Shown here: in pieces, positions 19,901 to 30,300 of the stretch
Position numbering within the stretch: position 1 is the first letter of the stretch
Layout: every line of letters begins with the position of its first letter
Assembly (NCBI GenBank): GCA_000004985.1
Contig: GG738859.1
Origin: Naegleria gruberi
Taxonomy: Eukaryota
Length of the DNA stretch: 64,000 nucleotides
Reading direction: 5' to 3' (one strand)
Position numbers and translations under genes: made by a program
Notes under the pieces: model-generated
Told to the model about the DNA's origin: nothing
Database searches by the model: none
The model's input: the letters and a program-made list of their open reading frames with translations, nothing else

Positions 19901-20409
19901 GCTGAATAGGTATTTCCATGTTTTTCATCCAATCGTTTTAATTTAGTATACTTTTCGCAAATATACCACAAATTTGCATTTGGCTCCTCTTGGGGTGGTG
20001 AATTATTGGTCCACAGTTTCTTGTTTCTTCTCCTCACAACGACATGATCCATATGGAAGGTAATTTTAGAGTTGAGAGATTTAAAAACATTGGATTTCTC
20101 GCTTATTGTGTGGTGATGTGTTTCACTTGATGATTCCAATGCACTAAATTTTGAATCGAGTGCAGCTGATGATGATGGTGATGGTGACTTGAATGATTTC
20201 CTTCCATTACTTGTTGTTGAAGGAGAATGTGATGATGATTGTGGTTCCATGAATTCTGACTCATCGGAGGTGCCCAACCAATTCTCATAATCATTTCCAT
20301 CATCACTCCAGCCATCATCATGAGGAATAAATGTCGTTTCACTCGAAGAACTATCAATATAATCAGAGAATGAATTTGCAATTGCAGGAGAGGATTTATT
20401 TTGTCCCAT
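16987..20409 (-). CDS. large (1140 aa) protein with N-myristoylation motif (MGQNKSS) and two degenerate protein-kinase-like domains (probable pseudokinase)
   Basis: ATG 20407-20409; single ORF. Domain 1: ...LGYSHHNLKPENIFLV (HRD -> HHN), ILTDPFPK (DFG -> DPF), YHSPELKDL, SDIYSLGILFYQIL, HPEERI. Domain 2 near the C-terminus: LHTQDIVHCHVNTQTILYHDD, FIAPEYF, TDRLDIFQFGILMAGLILG. The catalytic Asp is replaced in both domains. Confidence 0.5.
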   Translation of the reverse strand: MGQNKSSPAIANSFSDYIDSSSSETTFIPHDDGWSDDGNDYENWLGTSDESEFMEPQSSSHSPSTTSNGRKSFKSPSPSSSAALDSKFSALESSSETHHHTISEKSNVFKSLNSKITFHMDHVVVRRRNKKLWTNNSPPQEEPNANLWYICEKYTKLKRLDEKHGNTYSATEVAHKKQSCGTSEFTNSQNNLQQAKQFSSSLYSSNSRQVVVKFFKCTINEWYSYSHQSGSFPLERYIEELKNYWYMTFHNTRRDEKKVDDKFFKIYVDKNFFNSPSGNQQVLVMLVMPYFDRNLSSVISKQKTLGKNLSLLEAILLFKQILAPVVQIHQLGYSHHNLKPENIFLVPHTTNNRVTRSFFSKKRSDSMTSQTSTEQTYDVILTDPFPKISILQKAGSSSLSENIRRSMATQHLLSDAALSSESFRRSSCVAIDGQGGSPSPSASIPNPSGSIHLTFMITGNKFLNDFKLFPNRYSFDQKSITEYHSPELKDLITNGPKKNIYIRSSSPIWASQNLNISSDNDLESVCSINIKESISETLINSSDIYSLGILFYQILGLDLSLETLINATSIHAKRVYIREMILLNYRYDTEFLDLYERLVDIIVNQMLTVHPEERILSKDLYETIEDIEMLLRRGVQNIYWDTDKSNNTQISLFQRSSQSTSAFTMTEEEAESIYSKMMVLQYGSFKLDILKKINSLSNFSPVKGSSAPYQTNESSKKHNLVALRLPTPLDDIEDQEDSFSALDNMEVQGLYKPSRRVLSLTQLGFTPEVFSMRAINQFISIEKLKITKFMESKRGKEILLASKRRKYGNSEHTFKITCLPINSCMTIVPQTNSQQKNLPKIVKLPYCDDYMDDINNVVTNGTDNIDFYFNGFNIIDSMFNSCHYTKSIAPVIHKFSWINMHCLVEPFYEMNTLDYFILYKRSRSNNVSVSDLTPSYSSNINSLSNTERKPYLDEEDNKNTLSVVTSISSSPPTIFTTLQVCRLASEIAEALNYLHTQDIVHCHVNTQTILYHDDIEQVLLSSFEEAQVKNSKTNCVFIAPEYFFQNPTAQNIVTDRLDIFQFGILMAGLILGLEMDASIAVIAICQNEDRFVKEMDYQFELKNIPKRISSLIKSCLVSNPKKRIGAKEALYDLEEIIKKK

Positions 20410-20885
20410 CCTTTTTCTAGACTTTCCAATTAAATTGTGAGGGCTGGTTGTTGATCAATTTTTTTGTTTGTTCAAAATACATTCTTGTTGTTAATTCAGT
20501 AATGATCGGTGATTAGTAGTGGTTGGATGACTAGACAGTATGACATGACTTCTTCATCACCTTGTTCATGATTTCAAAGTTGTGAAATAATCATTATACA
20601 GAATTGATTCCCTCTTCAAAGTTGAATCATCAATAAAGGAGGCTATTTGTTATCACACTTGAATGTTATTGGGAGATAATTCTGAATTAATCATTTCATT
20701 TTCCACTTTATAATCTCTTCTTGGAAATATTATTGATTCAGATTACGTTATTGCAATATTAGTCCCAATCTCCCGCCAAACTTGGTTGCACTGGAAAGTT
20801 TAAAAAAATAAAGCAAAAAAATACAACAACAGCTCTCAGTAGCTGTTGAAACAAGGAATTTAATTTATTGAGGAGTATATAAGAA

Positions 20886-23521
20886 ATGTCGTTTTTAAAT
20901 CCTCCAGAGATGTCAATTATTGTTACTCCAAGTTTAGATGAAATAGAACAGAGTGATTTGGAGAGGAAACAATTGGAGCAAGAGGAAATTGAAGCTGAAC
21001 GACTTCTTCCCGAGAGTTTTGATTTCACCAAGCTGAAGAAGCAATTATCATCGGAAAATATTGCAAAGAAATCCTTCACTGTGGATCCTGAGCAATTGAT
21101 AAACACTGTAACAATGTTACTTGAGACAGTGGAAAAGCAGGAAAAGAATATAAGGTCACTAGCAAAAGCAGTCGCTCAAAAAAGCGATTTTTCATTGAGC
21201 AGGCAGTCATCATTTAATACCGGTGTTATGATTACTGATCCACCAAAGAAGGATCTTCCATCCTCCAGACCAACCACTCCAAAAGTTGTACATAAGGAAA
21301 CTGTTTTTGTGAGGGAGGATGATCCTTTTATGAAGAACCAAATCCATAATTTAAACAATGAGTTTGCTATAATTCAAGAGGAATATACTCAACATGAAAC
21401 AAGACTCACAGAAGTCGAGGCTATTGTTCATGAACAATTAACAGAGGAGAAAATGAAAACTGAAAAGAAAATTGATGAAGCTAAAGAAATGATTACAGTA
21501 CTCAAATTTGACAAGGAGGAGTTGAGAAAACAAATGGATCAATTGAGACTGGATGTAAAAAAGGGATTGGAGGAAAATATTGAGTTTTTATCAAACGAAA
21601 TCAAGACACATTTTGATATTTCGAATGAAAATTTAGAAAGGCTTCAAGATGATTACAACCAAAAAATATCAGCCGTAAATTCTGACTTGGGATCCAAAAT
21701 TGTGGACATATCAAATAAGGTGGAATATAATTTTATGATATTTAAGGAACGAACGGAATCTCAAAAAAATGAAATTGAAGAACTAAAGTTCAGACTGACG
21801 AAACTGGAAGAAAATTTACTGAAAAAGATGGAAACCTTGTCAGATAAAATGGATAAGAATTTTCGATTACTGGAGAAGGATACCCTGAAAACTAACTACA
21901 TAACCAATCTGTTGTACGACGTATTTCAGCTGGATAAACATCTAATCACTGACTTGAATGATACATATGTACAGGAAAAGTTTCAAGCTAAGGAAGATAT
22001 TGGAAAATATTCCAAAATGAAAAAGGAGAAGAACAGACAAGAGTACAGAAAGATGTATACAGACATGTTAATGACCACTCCATGTTTTAAAACAATATAC
22101 GACAATTCCACAAACATTGTAAACGAGTTGAGATGGGAAACCAAATTAAGAATGGACAGAGAGGGTGACAAGGTGTTAGAAGAGTTTACTGATATTCGAG
22201 AATGTATGAAACGGTTTGTGACATTTCCAGAAGTGCGAGCAGCAATTAACGAGAATGAAATAGTGAGACAAGTAGTCAATACTGTGGGTACTCATGAAAA
22301 ACATATTGATACAATATTTACAAATTTTTTACCGAGAGAAGAGGCTTGGGAAGCCCTCAAACAAAAAGCAGATGAAAAGAATGTAGAGTTGAAAGCTGAT
22401 CGAAAGATTGTCAATGCTCTATTTGACTATTTGAACGAGAAATTGAATACTATTCTTGGGAAAACATCTACAGAAGAAATGATGGTATCTATTAAAAAGC
22501 TTGAAGAGAAAATCAAAAGTAAGGCAGATAAGCAGGAACTTATAGAAGCCCAGCAACCAATTTACCCTCCAAATATAATTAATATCGTGCGAAAGGATAT
22601 TTCTACAGAGGATCTAGTGGTAGGAATGGGTGTGAGTCAACCATGTCTCATGGCAAAAGGAGAATCCGAACAAAGTCACTCCAGTTCGTACAGATGCCTT
22701 AGTTGCAGTCGACCACTCTCTTCCAAAACGCCTTCAACAGCACCATCCGGTTCTCCTCCAAAAAGACAAAACTATTTAACTAACTTTGATCCTCTTCCTG
22801 TTCAAGCCTTAAGTGGAAATGAATCTGCTAGAGGAAAGTTGGGAACTACGTTGGGAGATCTTCAACAACAATTTCAACAACAACTTCAATTACAAATCAA
22901 TCCAAACACTAGCATTCAATCTGATAGTCCAAATACAAGTCCAAAGAAGGGAGAAAAAGAAAAACCAAACCTTATTCCACCAAGTAGCCCATCTGACTTT
23001 TTCGAAATACCCAAACTAAATTTGAAAAAAGTAATGATATCTGCAGAGTAAGTTTCTTAACACATTTTAAACTCTTACATTTAACAAGAATGGAAAATCC
23101 AATCTTTAAATATACTATTAAGAGCTCAGGTCGAAGTGCAGAAGAAGAATATGAAATGGTATCAGCAAGACGAGACAATACTGACCTTGATAAACCTCCT
23201 TCACAACTTCAAAATCAAAGAAAATCTCCAGACGATATGAGACCTAAACCACCAAAGAGTGCACCTCAAGGAGGGCAGAATAATTTTATGAGATATTCTC
23301 TGAAGAGTAATTTGGATCTTTCGAATAAAGTGCCAGGAACTGCAAGAGAAAAAGAACAGGAGAAAACATCTTCAGTAATGCCACACTCTGCAAGGCCAAA
23401 TTCTGCTAAAGAGTACAGGCTGAGAAGGAATGAAGGTCCTATACTTGTTGTAAAGCCAGCAACTGCAGCTCTGAAAAATAGACTCCCAAAGCTAAATGCA
23501 AGTCAAGCTTTAATTAAATAA
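20886..23521 (+). CDS. coiled-coil protein (~864 aa); 2 exons (20886..23047, 23089..23521) joined by a 41-nt intron
   Basis: ATG 20886. The 721-aa track ORF ends ...MISAE at a TAA that lies inside a gtaagtttcttaacacattttaaactcttacatttaacaag intron (23048..23088). Splicing gives ...MISA-E-MENPIFKYTIKSSGRS... in frame with track ORF 23090..23521. The middle is heptad-rich. There is a Cys cluster YRCLSCSRPL. No family assigned. Confidence 0.45.
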
Positions 23522-23596
23522 AACAAACCCTTCGTCTAGGTATGTCATGTTGAGCAAAAAATTAGCAGCAAATTACACAAATGCTAAAACAAAAAA

Positions 23597-25267
23597 ATGA
23601 AAAGAAGTGCTTCTGCATCTTGTGAAGGAGAAGAGCCTTCCAAGAAAACAAAACAATCTATGGAGCAAAACTTTATTTCGGAATTGGAAGAGATTGTAGA
23701 ATATTGTCGTGAACAATTCGAAAAAGAATCGGAAGACCCAGATTTCATTGCTGCAGAAATTGGAAATATTCAGAGGAAATTTTACGATTTGCAGAACAAG
23801 TATGAAAAATTCAAGACAATAATTTTAAAAGAGACTTTTACTGACTTGGAAGACTTGGAAACTATGTACAATGAAGCTGATGCAATGCTCAATGAGGCTA
23901 AAGAAGCATTGGCTTCATTTATTGCTTCTGAGGAAAAAACAGAAGGTGAAATCGAAACAGACGAAAATATTGAAAATTTCATTCCACTACCTGAGCTAAA
24001 TGAAGAAACAGAAGTAATACCATTTGAAAGAAGTGAATTAAGAGTAGAAAATATAGAACCCATCCCACTCTTAACATCAAGAAGTTGTTACATTTGTCAG
24101 AGACCCATTGAGAACTCCCCTGTAGTCTGTAAATATTGCTCTAACGCTTGCCATGGCCAATGCTGTGATAAACCAACAATACTGAGAGGAGAAGATACTA
24201 TGATTTGTGAAGTGTGCAGTTCAATCGAGACTGAAGGAGAACCTAATTTTTATTCACTGATAATTAAATCAAAGAATGGAAATGTTACACATGTTAATGA
24301 TATTGGTAATCAACTGAAAGGATTAAGCATTGATAAGTACAAAATCAAATGCCCAAAGTGTCAAGAATTAGTTGCACTAAAAGATTTAAATAGTCACACT
24401 GGAAGAAAATTTGAGTTTGATAAGTTTAGTGACTACCCTTTTGTTCCTTTTTCAGACGAGAAGAATAGAGCCGAAATATCTAGAGTTTTGATTGTTTTCA
24501 ATATCAGCAAAAAGACATTAACCAATATTTGTGAAAGGTACGAAAAAAGGATTGGTCCAGTGGAAATCAATGACATGTATTTAAATGATTCATATGGTAA
24601 TTTTTCAATGCACAAAGCTGTATTCATAACCTTAGAATCTGAAAAGCAAAGTTTTACACTTGCATTGTTTCTGAGCTCGTATTTAATAAGGAAGAATGGG
24701 TAAGTTTTTTTCACGTTTTAGCTTGCAATTTCAATGCAATTTAGTACTGATATCAATGTTCATCCTGTTGTATATTTTTGGAAGTCAAAAGCATTTCAGA
24801 TAGTTATTCCAAGCAAACACGAAATGGAGCTTGTCATACCACCAAAATTGGATGATTTTATTGAAAGAAAGTGGCAGGTAGCTTCAGACACTTCCAATAC
24901 CTTTTATGTAGTATTGAAGGATGTGGCTTATTGTTTTGCTCTTTTGAATACTGTACACGGATTAGTATTGGATAATAAGCAAATTGCAAAAGTTAAAGCA
25001 ATTCAAAATCCTGACACAGACAAGAGGACTGTATTAATTCTAAATATTTATTACGCCTCTATAGAACAATTCAAATATTTCATACTTGATTGTAATACTA
25101 GCTTTGATTTTGATTGGGACGTAATGGTTGAGGAGGATGGATGCCAAATGTTGGAGGACGAAAATTCAATTTCTATCAAGTTTCAATCTGAAGAAATTGC
25201 AAAAGCATTTGTAAATGATTTTAATGATTCCTTATTTAACGAACATCATTTACAAATGTTTAATTGA
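23597..25267 (+). CDS. zinc-finger protein (~543 aa); 2 exons (23597..24699, 24745..25267) joined by a 45-nt intron
   Basis: ATG 23597. Cys clusters CYICQRPIENSPVVCKYCSNACHGQCC...MICEVCS (PHD/RING-like) and KCPKCQELVALKDLNSHTG (TRAF/C2H2-like). The intron gtaagtttttttcacgttttagcttgcaatttcaatgcaatttag (24700..24744) joins ...LIRKNG to TDINVHPVVYFWKSKAF..., which continues as track ORF 24734..25267. Confidence 0.45.
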
Positions 25268-25312
25268 TTATTACCTATTTTACTCATTTTAAACAACAGC
25301 AAGAATTGTCCA

Positions 25313-26623
25313 ATGTCAACACCAAAATTGTACAAATACAGAAATCACAAAAAAGCTTCAAACAACAAAAAAATGTCCACAACAGAATCCAAGTCAATTT
25401 TCTCCAGAATTATTTCATACATTACCTCATGGTTTATGTATATTGTTCAAGCAATTTATTCTCTCTACAAGGATGAATTAGAAAGACAGTCACGAGACGA
25501 AACTGACTATAAAAAGTGGAAACTCTACGAAGAAATACAAAGAAACCAAGAACAACCTCAACAATATGATGAAGAAAGTGTTCTCGGAGGAACTTGTCCT
25601 TCTACAAGCACAGTTTCCATACAAGAACTAAAATCATCTTCGGAGAAGGAAGACGAAACTACAAAGATAGCAATTGAAGAAGATAAGAAGACTACCACTT
25701 CTCCTATTAAACAAGAAATTCCTGTCACTTCCTCTGTTACAGAAAAGGTTGTAGAGAAGGAAGAATCTCCAATGGTTGTCATCATCAAACCTAAAGTTGT
25801 CATCAGTGAGCCAACACCAATTGTTGAAAAGAAACCAGTAGAACAAGATAACAAACCTGTCATCACCAAACCAATCAATCCAATTATTGAAGAAACAAAG
25901 AAGATTCCAAATGAAACTGTCATCCAATCATCACCTCCTAAACCTGTCAAAGAGCCAGTTGCTGCCACAACTAAAATTACTCCAAAATCGACAAGTAATA
26001 GTACTAACAATGTTGCCACTCAACCAACAACTACTGCAACACCAGAAAAGCAATCAAAACCTGCTGAAATTTCAGGACTCATTGGAGAACGTTTAAAGAT
26101 GAAGAAGTTTAGAAACTTTTCTGGAAATGCATACAATTCCTTAATCAAACCAAGTAGTAAGGAAGATGCAAACAATAAGAAGGAAGTTACATCTAGTACT
26201 ATCACTACTCCAGTCGCTTCAACTCAAGAGGTAATTCAACAATCTAATAACCAACTCATTCAAAGAAAGTTGAGTTCCAAACCAAAGAAGGTTTCAAGAC
26301 GTCCTTCTCAACAAACCATCAAGCATTCAGATATTTTGGCAAAATTAGAAGAAGAAGCAACTATTGACTTGCCAGATGTTGAAAAATTCAAAGAATTGGA
26401 AGAATTTTCTCAATTGGAAAAGAAGGTTGGTCTCGAAAATGCAATCAAACAAACGAAGGAAAAGAAGAGTACAACTGCTCCACCACCTCCACCTCTTTCT
26501 CAAGTTGTAAATGTAAATACTAATGATGCCTCTCCATCCAAAACAAAGAGTGCTAAGGTCACACTTGATGCCATCTTGAATGCCAAGGGTTCACTCAGAA
26601 AAACCACTGAAGAATGGAAGTGA
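25313..26623 (+). CDS. proline/threonine-rich protein with N-terminal TM segment, PPPPP tract and C-terminal WH2-like motif (putative actin-binding)
   Basis: ATG 25313, only 45 nt after the previous gene's stop. Hydrophobic IFSRIISYITSWFMYIVQAIYSL. A long P/T/K/E-rich region (PVITKPINPIIEETKKIP..SSPPKPVKEPVAATTKITP). C-terminal TTAPPPPPLSQVVNVNTNDASPSKTKSAKVTLDAILNAKGSLRKT resembles poly-Pro plus a WH2 motif (LxxIxxG..LKK). Confidence 0.4.
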   Translation: MSTPKLYKYRNHKKASNNKKMSTTESKSIFSRIISYITSWFMYIVQAIYSLYKDELERQSRDETDYKKWKLYEEIQRNQEQPQQYDEESVLGGTCPSTSTVSIQELKSSSEKEDETTKIAIEEDKKTTTSPIKQEIPVTSSVTEKVVEKEESPMVVIIKPKVVISEPTPIVEKKPVEQDNKPVITKPINPIIEETKKIPNETVIQSSPPKPVKEPVAATTKITPKSTSNSTNNVATQPTTTATPEKQSKPAEISGLIGERLKMKKFRNFSGNAYNSLIKPSSKEDANNKKEVTSSTITTPVASTQEVIQQSNNQLIQRKLSSKPKKVSRRPSQQTIKHSDILAKLEEEATIDLPDVEKFKELEEFSQLEKKVGLENAIKQTKEKKSTTAPPPPPLSQVVNVNTNDASPSKTKSAKVTLDAILNAKGSLRKTTEEWK

Positions 26624-27317
26624 AATTGTGATTATGCATTAGCTGTTGTAACTGCACAATCTTTTTATTGGGGTGGTGATGGTTATATTGACTACTCTCG
26701 CAAATAGTGAATGTTAATGAATATCTACAAATAATCGTTAAATTATATTAATAATAATATAATACTATTATATTATTTAAATATTGGAGTAAAGTAACAC
26801 GGAGCAAATTCAACACAATGTTAAATAATAAATTAAAATGTTGTTACAAATAGGTGCTACACAATAATTGTGAGTGATGAGAAGGTGTAAAAGATTTTTA
26901 CATTATTGTACAAAACCAACAACATCCTTCACTCTTTCCTTGATATTCCACAGCATCACGATGATGATCCTCTAAATTTACTTTCCGATAATTATCATTT
27001 TGATCCGATGATGTATTTTCATAGCGTGAGAATGTTGGACGTTCTCCACGTGGAGTCTGAGCAACTTCATCGCCAAGGTCAAAAGGTGTTGAAATGTTGT
27101 GCTTTCTTGTCATGTTTGTGTGGCAATTAATTATTGGCGAGTGTTGGCTGTTCAAAGTTGTGTGGATTTTTTAAGCTGTGTTTGAATTGACATGCTCCAA
27201 TTATCTTCAAATTAGTTTTGCTTTTAGTGTGTTAAAATGTTTGAACGGAAAATCATTCATTAACATGCAGCCATTTTGGACTGGATTCACTGAGATTCAC
27301 TTTGAAAATCTGTGTGT

Positions 27318-30300
27318 TTATTCATCATCAGAATCGTCTAGCAATAAATCATCAACAGTTTTAACCACTCGTGTTGGTTTCTTCTGGGTTGGAATGACGA
27401 CTGCAGTTGATCTTTTACGAGATGAGGTTGGGATGGCAGTTCCTGTAAAGCTACCAATTGCGTTTCTTCTCGTTTTAATAACCTTTTGTGTACTTGTTGC
27501 CGAGGAGACTGATACAGTTGAGGGTGGCTCAGAAATTGGAGAAACAGTTTCAACAGCTGGAGCACTTGTTGGCTTTTCCTCTTGTCTTTTCTTAGCATAT
27601 GAAGTGAGTAAAGAACCCAAATCATCGTCATCATCATACTCAACTTGATCGATTTTTGACTTTTCTTCTTTAAGAATTGATTTTACCATGTCATCATCTT
27701 CATCTTCAGAGCTTGAATCATCAGTTTTGGATTTCACATTTCCATTGGTTGCTGTTGGTGGCTTCACTTGGGCTGATGTGATTGGTTGTTGAGGTAGAAT
27801 AGTTTCTTCATCATCATATTCAGTATCTTCATTCATTTCCTGTTGTTGCTGAAGGGCTAAGAGTTCTTTAAGCACTCGCTCAGTATCATCTTCATCATCT
27901 TGTTCAATTGCTGGACTTGGAGTTAAAGCAGGTGACATGACTGCAATGTCCTTATTTGGTGATGAAAAATTAACTGTTGAGCTAGGAAGAGCTGGCTTTG
28001 GCTGTTCTTGTTGTACTTCTGGAACCACTTGTTTTGGTACAGGTTCTGGTTCAGGTACTGTGGATTGGTTGTGGAGTAGTATTGATTATTGGCTCAACAA
28101 TTTCTTTTGTTTCAGGAATAAATATTTCTGGTTCCTCCTTGGTGGCTGTAACCTCCACTACTGGAATTACAGGAATAAAGACTTGTTTTTCTGCTTCTTT
28201 TGGTTGTGGAACAATTACTGGCTCGGCATCTTGTGTATCCTTAAGAGTTTCAGGAATTAATTCTGGTGTGGTTACAACTTCAATTGATGGCAATTCTGTA
28301 GTAATTAATTTTTCAATAACTTGTTCTGGAATAATTGGTTCCTCTTGTTTTGGTTCTTCCTGAGGCATAGTAGAAATAGACACAATTGGAATTTCAACAA
28401 TCACTTCCTCAGGTATTGTTGGAGCTGTTACAATTTCTGGCTCACTAACAATTTCACTTTTAACTGGTTCATCCACAACAGAAATAACAGGAGTGCTTTC
28501 CACTACTACAGGTTCAGGAATAGTCGACTCAGTTGGTGTATTCTCTGTTTCGGCGACAATTTCACTTTCAGGAGGCACAATAACCTCTGGCTCTTTAACT
28601 TCTTGTTCAATGATTTTGTCTTCTTCTGTTGGTATTATTGGCTCTTCAATATAAACTGGAGTGTGAGCTGCTACTGGAGGTAAACTTTCTACAATTGGTG
28701 TTTCTGTAATTATTGGAGTTTCATCTTGTACTTTAGGCTCCTCAATAATTACTGGAACAATCAACCCAGGAATTAATGATTCAACAGATGCAATAGGAGT
28801 AGAGATTACAGTTTCAGAAGGTTTCTCCTCAGTTGTGGTAACTGAAGGCTCTTGAACAATTACCTCTTCTTTGACAGCCATTGGTGAAGTGTTTTGCTCT
28901 GGTAGTGGGCTTATTGGTGGAGTAGATACATTTGGTGATTCAGTTTTAACAGAAATATCTTGAGTTGGTGTTGCAGTAATAACAGGAGTGACAGTCAACT
29001 CATCGCCATAACCCTCATCGTCATAGGATTCGACTTTTGATGGCTCAACCGGTGTAGAAACCACAGACTTTGGCTCAATTACAAATTCCTCTTTGTGATC
29101 ACTGAAAGCAACTGCCTTCTTTTTCTTTGATGAGATTACGAATGATTTTCTTGTAGTTGGTACTGTAGTGGTTGGTGAGCTAGCGACTGGTGTGGTTGGT
29201 GTTTCCTTATTGTTTGGAACTTTCTTGATATTGGAAATTACCTTCTTTGATCCTACAGTAATTGGTTCAATGCTTGGAGTAACAGCATCCTCAACGATTG
29301 GGGATGAAACTGTTGTTTCTTCTTGAAGTGGAATTTGAGGAGTTGGCGTCTCTTCCTTTGTTGGAGTGTTGGTTTCGAATGAGCTTTCGTCTAAATGTTT
29401 TGCTGGTACATTTTGAGTATTTGATTCCTCCTCTTCGTCAGTAAGATCAAAATCAGAATCCTCATCTTTCTTTGGTTGAGTTTGTGGTTCTTCAACTTTC
29501 TTCAATGAGGCAAATGTTGTAGAGCTAGTAATTGGTCCAAATTCAATTACATCAGAAAGTGTAGAAGCAAGAAAATCTCTTTCCTCTTGTGGAATTCTCA
29601 TAGAACTTCTATTCTTAATTTGAGCAACATCTTGATCCTTCTTTTTGAACATTTTGAAAACTGACTTGGCTTTTGATCTTCCTTTTGGTTCATCAGTTGC
29701 CAAATTAATAATTGGCATTGAATTGACTTTTTCATGATGTTTAGGTGTTGAAGCTGGCTTGCTAGATTTCTTACTTCTTGGTGTCTCCTCATCTCCACTG
29801 AATGTTCCAAAGTCAGAATCTGAGCTCTGTCCAGGATCATTGAATGGTGCAATGACTTTCAACTTTTCTGGAGTAACTCCTGGTAATAAAGTTTCTTGTT
29901 CATCGAAAGAATCAAAATCAGAGTCAGATCTCGCAGCACTAACAACTGTAACTTGATTTTCAATATTTTCTTCATCAACAATTGATTGTGTTCCAATAAT
30001 AGAGGTTGCCATTGCATTTTGTAATGCAGATGAAACTTCAGGTGTTTCTGTTTCTATTTCAGGTGTTTTAGGTGTTGTTGGTTCAGGTGTCTTTTCTTTA
30101 ACAACGATTGGTGCTGATACGCTTGTTGGTTGTACCACAGGTGGTTTCTCAGGTGTAGCTTTGATTTCTTCATCTACCTCACCACTCTTAGCAAGTAATT
30201 CCTTTAGAATATCATCCTCGTCATCGTCATCTTCAATTGGTTCTGGCTTCTTTGGTTCAACAGGTGGCTTTTCAGGTGTTGCTTCTTTTTTGGTTGCAGC

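Noticed and set aside
26898-27155. Minus-strand 85-aa ORF in the convergent spacer downstream of the giant gene.
   Set aside because: Its start is TTG. Its codon usage (cgt, cgc, cgg, tcg, ggc) is atypical for the neighbouring genes and no domain is present. It is kept only as a very weak possibility and is not listed as a feature.
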